Source of the DNA: Chiloscyllium plagiosum
Lineage: Eukaryota
Direction of reading: 5' to 3'
Length of the DNA: 64,000 nucleotides
Assembly (NCBI RefSeq): GCF_004010195.1
Contig: NC_057718.1
Coordinates: 55,613,285-55,677,284 of the forward strand
The notes beneath the pieces were generated by a model that had not been told where the DNA came from, made no database searches, and worked only from the letters and a program-made list of their open reading frames with translations. Within the stretch, counting starts at the first letter, position 1, and every line of letters begins with the position of its first letter. A program made the position numbers and the translations under genes. Shown one piece after another: positions 39,890 to 53,501 of the stretch.

Positions 39890-40588
39890 TGTTAAGACAC
39901 TGGGTAAACCCTCCTGCCTAATTTAAAACCAGCAACAGAGAAAAGATTTATCCCGTGCCGTAATCTGTAAAACTCCGAGTGGCCAAGAACTATTTAAGAA
40001 ATAAAGTTGTTAATTTTTACTTTAAAGTATAACAGAGAATATTTAACTAACCACTATTTGCAATTTCTTCTTCTAACCTATCTTTTACCTTCCCTTCTAT
40101 ACTAGTCCAACAAACTCGCAATTAAGATTTACAAATCCACACTTATCTCAAAACCAGGCTGCTTTCGTGCTTCTATTCGGATCTTCCTGTGTCTTTTTTT
40201 CTTCTTCTTAGGAACTTCTGTGTCACAGGTTACTAATAGAAAAGGTACTTATAAGAGAGCTATTTTTCAAGCAGTCTGTTTACATGCTGGGCTTGGCAGT
40301 TCTTCTCTCAACTGTTCAATTTTCCCCGGTCTTAAACTCCCAAAACATCAGATTGTGCCATTGGCTTTTAAGATTGTCAGTACACTCAATTCAAATTGGA
40401 TTGGAGTTTGATATGTTTTGGGGTATAATTTAAACTGATTGGCTGAATTCAAATTTGTGTTTTTGTCTCATAGCAACTCAGCAAGTGCTGTTTGTTCTGA
40501 ATCAAATGTTACTTTGTAAATTCTCCAGCACTCGGTTTACTTGCCAAGTTCTTCACTCTCTTAAAGATAGACCCACATCTTCATAACA
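39890..40588 (-). mobile_element. Solo LTR inserted in an HE1 SINE fragment (39824-39889 and 40589-40642)
   Basis: TGTTA...TAACA termini, CATC duplication, collinear with 21249-21931. Confidence 0.85.
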
Positions 40589-41328
40589 CATCTCCCTCTG
40601 ACTAATGCACCTAACACTATGGCCTGCACATCTTTGGATTGTGGCAATGTGTCTGTTGCCTTCATGAATTTGCACCAGACTCAAATGCTGTTGGGAACCC
40701 AGACTGGCCTCTGTTGCAGTGGCCATGAGTTGGTGCGAGTACTGCTTTGATGATGCAGAAGTGGCTGGGAACCCAAAATCTCCCCAATGCAGCTGCCACG
40801 AGTCCATGCTGCTGAGCCTACTCGCATCTGCACAGGGCCCACTTGCCAATGCTGTTGCTGCGACCGAGCTCTTTACCAAAACGTAAGTAGTATTTTTCGA
40901 AACCAAGAAAATAAATGAAAAGAAAAGCAGACAGAGTGGCTGAGCCATGGGTTCAGAGGCTACTCCACTACCATCTTACCAGAAGGAGATAATGGAACTG
41001 AGGTGGAAGACAGCTCTCAAAGTGAACTCCTACAATTTGATGAGCTAACATAGAAATACTGAGACAGTTGGACAGTGTGTTGGATATTTGGAGAAGGGAC
41101 AATGAAGGATTTTCTAAGACTACTGAGGAAGTATGAGCCAATCTGTGGAAATATATATGGATGCATTATGCTAGCTAGACACGATTTGGGTGTAGGAGAG
41201 TAGAACCAATAAATCATCCTTGTGGCCAGATAAACAAGTTGGTAGAAACAGAAGCTCAGTACATGTTAAAGAGCCCCTTGATTGGACCTGGTCAAAGCAG
41301 CGGGAGTTCATCAGTGTAAGAGGAGTTG

Positions 41329-41900
41329 ATGGCCTAGACATATTATCGCTAGACAAGTAATCCAGAGATGATAGTGTGTTTCTGGAAAAGCACAGCAGGT
41401 CAGGCGGCATCCAAGGAGCAGGAAAATTGACGTTTTGGGCCGGAGCCCTTTGTCATTCCTGATGAAGGATTCAGGCCCAAAACGTTGATTTTCCTGCTCC
41501 TCGAATGCTGCCTGACCTGCTGTGTTTTTCCAGCAACACACTCTCAACTCTGATCTCCAGCATCTGCAGATCTCACTGCCTCCTACATAATCCAGAGACT
41601 CTGGTAATGTTCTGGGGGGGACCCTGGTTCAGATCTTGCCATGGTAGGTGGTAGAATTTGAATTCAATAAACATCTGGAATTAGGAGTCTGATGATGACT
41701 GTGAATCATTGTTGATTGTTGGAAAAACTCGTCTGGTTTATTAATACTTTTTAGGCAAGGAAACTGCTGATCTTACCTGGTCTGGCCTATACATAACTCC
41801 AGAACCACAGCAATATGATTGACACTTAAGTGCCCTTTGGGCAATTAGGCATGGGTAATAAATGCTAGCCGTGATGCCCATATTCCTGTGAATGAATATA
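41329..41900 (+). mobile_element. tRNA-derived SINE (third family; related pieces at ~16240-16311 and ~54410-54650) with a nested PLE fold-back mini-element at 41369-41587
   Basis: Shared GCTAGACAAGTAATCCAGA...GGTTC...GAATTTGAATTCA motif; nested element bounded by TAATCCAGAGA at 41358-41368 and 41588-41598. Confidence 0.65.
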
Positions 41901-42049
41901 AAAAATATATAGTGTTGATTCCTAGACCTGGATTAACTAGACTTTGACTAATTTATACAAAAGTGAACACAGACATGAAAACAGATTTGTCCTCAGTTGT
42001 ATCCAGTTAAAAGATTGCATTTATATTGTTGGCAGTGCCGTATTTCTTT

Positions 42050-42950
42050 CTAAAGATTGATCTTAAGGGATATCATCAAGAGCCATTTAAGTTAAGGGCT
42101 AAATAAATCTCTGCTTTTGTTACCCCAAATGGCATTGTGTGATGCCATTTCAGTCAATGAAGACCCTAGACATATTCTAAAGACTTATGAATCAAGTCAT
42201 AACTGGTGTTTGTAACTATGTCATGTATTTAGATGATGTTGTGGTTTATAGTAGCACTTGGGAAAATCATGTGAAACAAGTTGAAGACCTATTTTAGCAT
42301 TTATAGTTAGCTGGATTAGTGATAAATTTAGCCAAAAGTGAATTTGCAAATGCATGAGTGACTTAGTTCGAACATTTGGTTGGACAAAGACTGGTGTTGC
42401 CAAGGACAGTGAAAGTGAAGCCTTCATTATAATTTAGTATTTCCTAAATCATTGGATTTTATGGAATGAGTGTATGTTTCAGGAAATTTCTGTGTAACTT
42501 CAGTTCAACAGCTGCATCTTTTAACACAAAACAAGCAAACATCACATTATCGACAAAATGCACAGCACTTGAGAAGCTGAAGGCAACCTTAATGAATAAA
42601 CAAGTGTTGATTGTCCCTGACTTTTCTATACCTTTTGAAAGTAACAGTTGAATTGGAGGAGGATGTTGTCTTCTTACAGGATAATGTGAAAGGAATAGAG
42701 AAACTAGTGGGATGCTTCTAAGAAACTAAACCAGAATCAGAAGAAACACTCTACAAAGAAAAAGAGACTTTGAGTTTGTTTCCAAGATGGAAACAAGGAA
42801 ACACCAATTTGCACGCTTCATAAGGCACTAGCATTTATTGAAAAGTTTAAAGTTTGGAACATGTGACTATTCTGATTGAGCCTTTTGTTGCAACCATATT
42901 ATAAAAATTATTTATCTTAATGAAAAAGGTATGGATACATTATCCTATAT
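42050..42950 (+). mobile_element. Highly decayed Gypsy RT-RNase H fragment
   Basis: SAFVTPNG, YLDD (~42226), INLAKSEF and PDFSIPF remnants. Confidence 0.6.
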
Positions 42951-43669
42951 GTAAAATCTTAGAATAAGTTAAAAATTTAAAAAGTTTTGCCAATATTCTA
43001 TTTTCTGTATGTGTATATATGTGTTTAAAGGAGGAATTTATAATACAATTAGAGCTTTAGTGAGTAATGTTATGTACCTATGGTTTATATCTGTTTATTT
43101 GTAGCTAAAGTCCAATTACTTATAATAAATAATAACTTTTGTTTAGCACAGAAATCAGTTTGTGCTTTATATCAACCTTAGACTGAATGTCAGGTAAATT
43201 GGGGTACAGTGTATACCTTTTAAAAAAAATTGGTACAATTCAAGTGGGACTCGATTTACAGCATGCTACTCCAGAGGGATGTAACAGGTATCTTACTGAA
43301 GTACTTCAAAAATCCAAATATACTCCATCTACCAGTTCCTCTTTATCTATCCTGCTTCTTACCTGCTCAAAATAAACTGTAATAAGTTTGTTATGTATGA
43401 TTTCCCCTTCATGAAGCCATGCTAACTCTGATTGATGATATCATGTATTTCTAATTGCTCTGCCATTATATCCTTTATAGTAAACTTTAACATTTTCCCA
43501 GTGATAAATGTCTAGCTAACTAGTCTATTGTTACCAGTTTTTGTCTCCATTTTTGAATACATATGTTACGTTGACAGTTTTCTGATCCTCAGGGATTTGA
43601 TTCTTGGAAAATTACAAACAATGCATTCACTATCTTTGTAGTTATTTCCAGAGTCCTACAGGCTTTATG

Positions 43670-43881
43670 GAGAAAGTGAGGTCTGCAGATGCTGGAGATC
43701 AGAGATGGAAATGTGTTGCTGGAAAAGCGCAGCAGGTCAGGCAGCATCTAGGGAACAGGAGAATCGACGTTTAGGGCATTAGCCCTTCTTCAGGAAGAAG
43801 GGCTAATGCCCGAAACGTCGATTCTCCTGTTCCCTAGATGCTGCCTGACCTGCTGCGCTTTTCCAGCAACACATTTCCATC
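43670..43881. mobile_element. Young PLE family A fold-back mini-element
   Basis: TCCTACAGGCTTTATG duplicated at 43654-43669 and 43882-43897; unpaired tail plus ~90-bp inverted arms around a 2-nt centre. Confidence 0.9.
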
Positions 43882-44675
43882 TCCTACAGGCTTTATGCCC
43901 TGTTAATTCCCCTAGTACTTTTTCTCTAGTGATAGTTACTATGTTTACCTACATTACTTCCCCTCCCCCTCTGTTGCATGTTTTTATCTTTCAATTCTAA
44001 GTCTAATCTACTAGTGTCAGTTGTAGTGTGTAATTTACAATCTTTTAAAATTGTTGAGGTTTAATTAATTCAGTTATAACTAACTACTTATAAATGCCTA
44101 TTGTAATTGGATATCAATCAGAACCTCAAAATATTTTCTTTGAGAAAACCTTCCACTGATATCACTGACCTGGACAATATGCTCGTAACAATAGAACATT
44201 GATGGAGGAACCTGAAATTTGGCATTCAGAGTTGTAAAAATCTTTCAATAGTTAAAGATAGGTCAAAAGTTAACAATATTGAAGATATGAGACCGTTAGC
44301 AGTGGTTTGTAAGTTTTATTTTAAGAGAAAAACTTAATGTAGGAATTTAATTTTAACTGACTACTCTTTCACTCATATGTCTTAGTTAAAAATATAAACA
44401 TTCTGATTTATCAGTAGAACACTGCTTTCTGGAATCAGAGCTATGAGCAGACTTCTTCCACCCTCTGAAAACATGTAAAATAATGAGTCAGTTTGGGAAA
44501 ATATGGAGACATCAGAAAAATGTGATCCTCAAGAAAAAAAAATCTGATTTTGCAGCCAAAGTTTGAACAACTTGTTCATTGTTATGTCATTTAAACACAG
44601 TTTGCTATTCTCCCATGAGGCAGAGATAAACTTGATAGTAGCAATTACTGACATGAAAGTGTACTCACCACTTAA

Positions 44676-44940
44676 ATTAGATTCCCTACAATGTGGAAAC
44701 AGCCAAACCAGTACACAACAACCCTCTGAAGAGTAACCCACCCAGATCCATTTCCCTCTGACTAATGCACCTAACACTATGGGCAATTTAGCATAGCCAA
44801 TTCACCTGGTGCATATCTTTGGACTGTGGGAGGAAACCCACGCAGACACAGAGAGAATGTGCAAACTCACCTGAGGCTGGAATCAAAACTGGGACCCTGG
44901 TGCTGTGAGGCAGCAGTGCTAACCACTGAGCCACTGTGCT
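44676..44940 (-). mobile_element. HE1-type SINE with internal deletions
   Basis: HE1 tail and head motifs in reverse complement. Confidence 0.8.
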
Positions 44941-45359
44941 ACATCTCCTCCTTGCCCCCCTCCCCAGTACACAGAGCTTTTATCAGACAGACAGAAGCCT
45001 CAACACACAATCATGGTACTTCTCCAACAAACTTGGAATGCTGTTATCCACCTTCGTGCTGTACTTTGTAGTGCATTGACACCTTTTGTTGCTACTTTTT
45101 GTGTAGGGACCGACACCCATCTCATCAATGGAGCAGGATGGACCTCTTAGCATGTCTTCTTAGCATTCCCTTTAACTTGGATACTCACAGTATCCTTGCC
45201 TTGCTTTTATGTGTTTTGCTGCCTCACTTAGAACTTACAGGCTCACAGTATTGCTCTCTTGCTTTGCTGTTTAGCATGGACAGGCAGCTTGTCATGGTTG
45301 TCGGCATGATCAATCAATGAGGTTGACATGTTGCTGCACAGCTCACCATTTCTTGAAAT

Positions 45360-46005
45360 TCCTGGAGTCGCAGGTAGATAGGATAGTGAAGAAGGCTTTT
45401 GGTATGCTTTCCTGTGTTGGTCAGAGCATTGAATATAGGAGTTGGGAGGTCTTGTGACTGTATAGGATATTGGTTAGGCCACTTTTGGAATATTGTGTGC
45501 AATTCTGGTCTCCCTCCTATTGGAAGGATGTTGTTAAACTTGAAAGGGTTCAGAAAAGATTTACAAGGATGTTGCCAAGGTTGGAGGTTGAAGAGAGTGG
45601 GGCTATTGTCCCAGGAGCATAGGAGACTGAGGGCTGACGTGACAGACGTTTATAAAATCATGGCAGGTAGGATAGGGTAAATAGAGAAGGTCTTTTCCTT
45701 GAGGTGGGTGAGTCCAGAACTAGGGTGCATGGGTTTAAAGTGAGGGGAATTATTTAAAAGGGACCTACGGGGCAACGTTTTCATGCAGAAGGTGGTGCGT
45801 GTATACAATGAGCTACAGAGGAGGTGGTGGAGGATGGTACAATTATAATATTTAAAAGCATCTGAATGGGCACATGAATAGGAAGGGCTTATAAGGATAT
45901 GGCCAAATGCTAGCAAATGGGACTAGATTTATTTAGGATATCTGGTCGATATGGAAAAGTTGGGCCGAAGGGTCTGCTTCCATGCTTTATATCTCTATGA
46001 TTCAA
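45360..46005 (+). mobile_element. CR1 LINE 3' end
   Basis: [28 protein letters not shown] and a (CTATGA)-type tail. Confidence 0.85.
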
Positions 46006-46269
46006 TGAGAAGCAAAACTTTGTGAGAAGTTACCCTTTTTTTCCTGTTCAGCCCTCAGCCCAAGTTGTGCAATTAAAATTCTAATGTCTTTTATTTCAAA
46101 AATCTTCCATTTTAATCTGATTATTAATCTAAAATTTGGATCCAGAAGTTGCTGAATTTGTGCTCCACTTTATTTTAAAAATTAACCTGTCCAGCTCAAA
46201 CTTGAACCCAAGCCTCCTGACTCAAAGGTAGGAACACTATCACTTTGCCACAAGAGCCTTCAATACTTA

Positions 46270-47330
46270 ATAAAAATCGAAAGAACTGCGGATGCTGTAA
46301 ATCAGAGACAAAAATAGAAATTGCTGGAAAAGCTCAGCAGGTCTGGCAGTATTTGTGCAGAGAAATCAGAGTTAACATTCGGGTTGAGTGATCCTTCCTC
46401 AGAGCTAGCTGATGGTAACTAGGAAAATGTCAGTTCAAATGCAGAAGATACGGTGGGGGAGGGGGTAAGAAGTAAACGCTAGATGAGGATAGAGCCCAAA
46501 GAGAGAGAAGAGCAGTTGGACAGACAAAGGAGTGGATAATGATCTGGCTAGGAGGGTGAATAGCTATTAATAGGGACTGTTAGTGGCTAACAATGGGTTG
46601 TGTATAATAACAGACTATGTGATAACAAGCCCTGGTGTGCGGGGGGTTTGGGTAGGGACATGGGAGAGCTCAAGCCCTAAATTTATTGAACTTGACATTG
46701 AGTTGGAAGACTGCAGGAACTCCAAATAGAAAATGAGGTGTTATTCTTCCAGCTTGCACTGAGCTTCGCTGGGGCACTGCAAGCAAGCCAAGAAGTTGGC
46801 CAGGGTACAGGGTGGTATGTTGAAGTGGTTTGTTCTGATGATGCCAACTGCAACAAAGGAGATTCTGAAATATCCACATTTTTCCTCAGTCAAGGATTCC
46901 CCAGCACTGTTGACATGGTCCTCAGCTGGGTCTGACCCATCTCCCGCCCTTCAACCCCTCTTTTCCCTCCTGCAACAATGATCGGGACCCCTTTTCCTTA
47001 CCTATCATCCCACCAGCATTCACACCTCCAAAGGATCATCAGCCACCATTTCCACCACCTCCAGAGGGATGCCACCACTAGACACATATTCCCCTATCCG
47101 CTCTTGTCAGTCTTCCACAGACACCATTCCCTCCGGGACACAGTGGTCCACTCTTCCCTCGTCCCAACATTCCCCCACAAGTTCACGGCACCTTCCGTTG
47201 CAACCGTAGAAGGTATAACACTTGTCAATTTACTTCCTCCCTCATGAGTAACCAAGGTCCCAGATACATTTAGTCTACTGCATTCGCTGCTCACAATTTG
47301 GTCTCCTCCACATTGTGGAAACAAAGTGTA
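46270..47330. mobile_element. PLE remnant with inverted arrangement: minus-strand terminus 46270-~46800, plus-strand ORF remnant ~46815-47330
   Basis: HFHHLQRDATTRHIFP..LSVFHRHHSLRD matches the PLE at 367-2030; decayed CTGAGGA...CGAA core on the minus strand near 46372-46403. Confidence 0.7.
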
Positions 47331-47334
47331 GTCC

Positions 47335-50300
47335 AGAAATGATCGGGGCCTCTTTAAGAGATTTAGACAGTGAGTGGTAGGTGCTAGTGTCTTTATTTCG
47401 GGTGTTGGTTTGGTTGGGTGGACAAAGCTTGGGATAGCAATGGCTCTTTCAGTGGCGAAGAGTTTTCTGGAGGTGGATGAGGTGACTTTGGAAATTTTTC
47501 AGAAGGTGAATAAGACCAAGCTGCAGAAGTTAGTAGTCAAGCTGGTGTTGAAGCTACCTCCTAATGTGAGGAAAGATGTAGCAGTAGCTCCACATTCAAA
47601 TTTGCTAGAAACACTATCAGGATCTATAGATATGCCAATAATTCAATTGCAAATGAAGCAGCTTGAGGTAGAGGTGAGAGATAAGGAGAAGGCAGCAGAA
47701 TTGAAACAGTTTGAGTTATGATTAAAAGCAGAAGAGAGAGAAAAGAGAGAGCAGCAGAAGGGGAGAAAAGAGAGAGCAGTAGAAGAGAGAGAAAAGGAGA
47801 GAACTTCAGAAACTAACACTTAAAAGGGGAAGTCAGCATAAAATGATGGAGGTGAAAGCTTAAAGTAGGGTTAGTGAGGCAGAGTGAGGATGAGCAAGTC
47901 CCTGGTAATTAAAAGCCTAGTGAAAAACTGTTTAAGTATGTTCAAGCATGGCCTAAATTTGATGAGAAGGATGCGGAAGACTTTTTCATCTCATTTGAAA
48001 AAGTGGCAAAACAAATGCAGTGGCCAGTGACCATTGATCCAAACAAAACTTGTAGTAGAGCTAGTGAGATCTTTGCATCACTATGAGAGGAGGTATCTGG
48101 GGAGTATGAGGAGGTGAAAAAAGCCATCTCAAGTTCATATGAGTTTGTACCAGAAGCCTATAGACAATGTTTCAGGAATCTAAGGAGGAACCTTGGTCAA
48201 ACCTATCTTGAGTTTGAAAGGATCAAATAGAGTAATTTTGATAAATGGATAAGAGCTTTAAAAATAGATCAAACTACAATGCCTTTAGAGAGGTAATTAT
48301 TTTGGAAGAATTCAAAAATTAATTGCCTGAAAGGGAAAGGTAGATCTTAGTGAAGTTCATAAGGATAACTTACCATAGGGTAAAAAAGAAACCCTTGAAG
48401 TGGACAAAAATGCAAAAAGCTCCGGTGTCTTCATTGTAATAAAGTGGGACACATGAAATCACAGTGTTGATAGGCTAGGAGGAAGCAAGGTGTAGGAAAA
48501 CAGGACAAGCCTGGAAGTTTTGTTGGCATGGTAACAGAAAGCACAGTGGAAGCTAGAAAGCTGCATCGGAGGTTGATTAAGGAGCACATGCCAGATTTGT
48601 TTAAAAAATAAACATGCAAGGGTAAAGTTTATCCACATAGGCCAGGAGTACCGAGTAAAGAGGTTACAATATTAAGGGACACAGTCTGTGATGCTGAAGG
48701 ATGAGGAGATATGTACTACTGAAGGACAATTGTCAGAAGAGATACTGGTAACAGGAATTCATGGAGAAACTAAAAACGCTCGATTATGTAAACTGAGGCT
48801 AGAGTGTCCAGAATAGAGTGGAGAATTTGTGGTAGGAGTACTGGACAAACTGTCAGCTCCAGGAATACAACTTGGCCTTGCAAATGATATAACTGATTCA
48901 CTGGTAGGTGTATTGCCTACTCTATGGAAAAGCTAGTGGAGACACAGGCAACTGAAGCAATACAGAAGATTTATCTGGGAATCTTCCCAGATTGTGTCTT
49001 AACGAGATCAGAGTCACAAGTTGAACGAGGAGAGATCAAAAGGCACAAATAAGGAAGCGCAAGTAGCATTATCAAAATACATTTTTTGATCAGATGAGCG
49101 GGACAGAACAAGAGCAAATAGATAAATATGCAAAATATCTTTAGCTCTGCTAAGGTTATTGAGTTGCAGCAGAAAGATTAAAATTTAAAATAGTTGTATG
49201 AAAAGGCATACACAGAGAAGGAGAGTGAATAAATCTATGTGTATTATTACTTAACAAATGATGTCTTAATGAGGAAATGGAGACCATCGCATATTCAAGC
49301 AGATGAGAAATGGGCAGAAGTTCATCAAATTGTTTTGCCAGTAGGGTATAGAAAGGAGGTGCTGCGAATGGCACATGAGCTGTCACTTAGAGGTCATTCA
49401 GGAGTAAGGAAAACACAGGCTAAAAAACAAAGACATTTTTACTGGCCTGGACGACACAAGGATGTAGTTGAATTTTGCCAGACAAATCATACATGTTAGT
49501 TAAATGGAAAACCACAGACAGTAATAAAACCTGCACCTTTTATACCTATTCCAACATTTGAAGAATCCTTCACAAGAGTCTTGATTGATTGCTTAGGTCT
49601 TCTACTCAAAACAAAAGGTGGGAATAAATATTTATTAGCAGTAATGGATGCATCAACTAGATTTCCCGAGGCAGTCACATTATGCAATATCACAGCAAAA
49701 AGGGTTGTAGAGGAATTAATCAATTTTTTTTTACTAGATACGGACTACCAATAAAGATCCAGTCAGATCAAGGGTCAAACTTCACATCCAAACTATTCAA
49801 GGAAGTTATGGATAACTTGGGAATAAAACAACTCAAATCTACTGGGTACCATCCAGAATCGAAATGAGTGCTAGAAAGTGATATCAAACACTAAAGACCA
49901 TGTTGAGGGTTTATAGTGAGGACTATCCAAATGATTGAAATAAGGGAGTTCTGTTTGTGCTTTTTGCAATCAGAGATGCATTGAATGAATGGACCAAATT
50001 CAGACCATATGAATTATTTTTTGGGCATGAAGGAAGAGGGCTGTTAAAATTGATTAAGGAGAAATTAGTGTCAGAATTGAGAGACCACCCATTTGGACTA
50101 TATGTCAAATTTTAGAGAACAACTAAATAGAGCTGGGGAGTTTGCTGGACAGCATTTAAAAGTATTTAGCATACAATGGAACACGAAGTGGACAAGAAAT
50201 CAAAAATTCACAATTTTGCCATTGGGATAAGGTATTGGTGTTACATCCCGTAATAGGTGAACCTTTAAAAGCAAGGTTTAGTGGACCTTATCAAACAAGA

Positions 50301-52915
50301 GGAAATTGAGTGAGATGAACTACTTGTTAGGGGCTCCAGGCAGGAAGAAATTAGATTAGATTACATACAGTGTGGAAACAGGCCCTTCGGCCCAACAAGT
50401 CCACACCGCCCCGCCGAAGCGCAACCCACCCATACCCCTACCCCTACATCTACCCCTTACCTAACACTACGGGCAATTTAGCCTGGCCAATTCACCTGAC
50501 CTGCACATCTTTGGACTGTGGGAGGAAACCGGAGCACCCGGAGGAAACCCACGCAGACACGGGGAGAACGTGCAAACTCCACACAGTCAGTCGCCTGAGG
50601 CGGGAATTGAACCCGGGTCTCTGGCGCTGTGAGGCAGCAGTGCTAACCACTGGGTTACCGTGCCGCCCAAATCTCTCAGCATGCTCAAAAGGTATTTTGA
50701 CGGAGAAGGAAAGCAAGAGGAGGTGTTAATGGTTACAGCCCAGAAGAAAGAACCAAGTTCAGACGATTCTGAATTGGACATTCCTCAAATCAAATTGGAC
50801 AATGAGGAAATTGTCAAAAATTGGGATAAATTATTGAGTTACCTTCCACAAGAAAATTGAAATGACCTGAAAGAATTATTACTATCACATGAGGAGATAT
50901 ATGGAAATAAACTGGGAAGTACTAACCTAATTGTGCAAGATGAAAATATAGGAGATGCTGTTCTGATTAAACAACATCCTTATAGGATGTCTCAAGTTGG
51001 CACAGATTCAGAAGGAGTTAAACGCATGTTCCAAGATAGCATAATCAAAGTGAGTTACAGTGACTGCAGCTCACCCACAGTCATGGTGCCAGAGCCAGAT
51101 GGTACCCAACAGTTATGTGTGGACTATCGCAAAGTCAGTGCAGTTACAAAGACTGATTTTGAGCACTGTGTTGAAAATGTGAGAAAGAAACTTACATTTC
51201 TAAGCTGAACTTGCTCAGAGGCAACTGGCAAGTACTTCGTCAGGGAGGGCAAAGACAATTTCGGCTTTCGTAACACCTAATGGACCATATCAGTTCAGAG
51301 TCGTGCTATTTGCTATGAAAAATGCTCCAGCCACATTTTGGAGACAAATTAATAATGTCATTGCCAGATACCCAATTGCGTGGTGTATATTGATGACCTG
51401 GTGATTTTTAGTCACTCATGGAAGGAACATTTACAGCATTTATCGGACTTGTTCATTTGTCTTCGGAAGGTAGGCTCGGTGGTAAACCTAGCTAAAAGTG
51501 AGTTTGCCAAAGCCCAAGTCACCTTCCTGGGCCATGTTATTGGACATGAACAAATGGTCCCAAACGAATGCAAAAATGAAAGTAATTGGGGAATTTCCCA
51601 CACTATTGATGAAAAGAGCAGTACTACGATTCCTGGGATTGAGTGGATTTTACCAAAAGTTTGTGCTGAATTTTAGCGGTGTGGCTGCTCCACTCACTGA
51701 ATTGTTAAAAAAGGGCAAGAAGTTTCAATGGATAGCAGACTGTCAAAAGGCATTTGACAGCCTAAAAACTGTATTAACCACTGCCCCAGTATTAGCCACA
51801 TCAGATTACATGAAGCCTTTCAAAGTGGCTATTGATGCCGGTGATGGGGTTGGTCAGTGTGGTGCTCCTACAGGAGGTTGACGAGGGGACAGAAAAACCC
51901 ATCAGGTATTTTTCCAGGAAGTTGAACATTCATCAACAGAAATACTCGACAGTTGAGAAAGAGAGTTTGAGCTTGGTGTTGGCATTACAACACTTCAATG
52001 TTTATATTACCAGCAACACATCTGAGACAATTGTATACACTGACCATAACCTATTAACATTTGTGGAGAAAATGCCAGACTGTTTAGATGGCGCTTGTTG
52101 TTGTAGCCATTTAATTTCACAATTGTGCATTTGGCAGGTCGCAAAACCATGATTGCTGATGCGTTGTCAAGACTCGAATGAGATATGAAGGTGTTTGGTG
52201 GCGGGTGTGCCACGACCTGAATTCGAATGTGGTTGTGCATGTTTGCATGTGTCTAGTCAGTGTAGTGTATATGTGTGTGTTTTTTTTGAGGAATTTTGAA
52301 AATAAAGCCGTCTTTTTTAAGGGGGAGCGATGTGTCACAAAACTGGTCATTTTTTCTAAAAGCTGTTCCTTTTTTCAAGGATACTGTATCCTTGGCTTTT
52401 TCAGAGAGGTCGTAAAACAGTCCGGGCTTTGAAATGACTGGTTTGGTACAGAGATGAAAGGATTTACTGAGAGGCCTTTTTGTTTATACGTAAACAGATG
52501 GGACTTTAGGCCAAAGCTTTTATGTTTTAGAAGTGGCCTGTATAATGAAAGTGGAGTGATCAGTCCTAAAAGCTGAAGACTTGTTTGAGTCAGTGCAGCA
52601 GAAGCTGTGTGGAAACAGCCTGATAAAGTCTCTCTCCTTCTGCCCTTCTAACTTCGACCTGTTAGTCTTTGTTTAATTTTTGCTCTGTGTTTAAGGAGTT
52701 TGTTTATTGGGACTGTTGCAGCATAATTTAAGTCTAGTTTGGATATTTTGTGGGTATTCTTTATTCTTTTTTTGTCTATTTTAAAACCTAGTTGTCAACC
52801 TAGCTAACTTAATCCAGGTAATTGTCACTGTACACTTACCGAAACAAATAGCAAAGTTACGGTCTGGGTTGCCTGCTTAAGAATGTTTTGAGTGGTCTGG
52901 CCTAGACCATAAAAA
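47335..52915 (+). mobile_element. Gmr1-type Gypsy LTR retrotransposon, decayed: gag, protease, integrase, RT, RNase H, polypurine tract, 3' LTR (~52331-52915); 5' LTR not seen
   Basis: CLHCNKVGHMKSQC knuckle at 48426-48467; VTILRDT ~48663; HHCC-like, IDCLG, SDQGSNF and YHPES at 49370-49860; YIDD ~51386; YSTVEKE, TDH and ADALSR to ~52172; AAGGGGGAG before TGT. Confidence 0.9.
50351..50668 (-). mobile_element. Full-length young HE1-type SINE nested in the Gypsy pol
   Basis: Near-identical to 36311-36621; AAAT duplication. Confidence 0.9.
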
Positions 52916-53501
52916 TACCTATAACATGTACCAGCAGCTTACACAGCTAAGACACCGTGCATCAGCCAAATAACTATATTTCAAAGTTTGCAGCGAGAAG
53001 CCCTCAATCATGCCACAAGGTAATGTTTTTAATTGGGAGTCTGACCATAATCAGCCGAGAAAGCATCAATCTGCCATTTGGTTTCTTAGGGCGGTCAGAT
53101 TCTTGGGAGAGGATCACAGCTAGACTTGCAGGTCTAGTGCAACCAGTCAAGGGATTAGCAGTAAGTCAGTTGGGGAGGTGCAATCAGGGGTCTGGTCAAT
53201 TGTCAGTTGGGACTGTCATTCCAAGCCATTAAGGGGATTTGGGCAACAGTCAGTCCTGAGTATCTGTTCACTAAAAGTCAAAATGAGCTACAGGGCCACC
53301 ATCGTGACAGAGTAGCATGCAGGGAGCAACAGGGAGCAACTCAATAAATGAAGATGGAAGACAAGAGTGCATTGGACAACGTGGATGGGTGGACAATCAA
53401 TGGTCACCACCATCCTGGCTTCAATAGATGACTGCCCCAATACCTGAAGTGAATAGAAAAAGATTTTTCTTGCCTGCGGAGTCAGGCTCAACTTGTGACT
53501 G

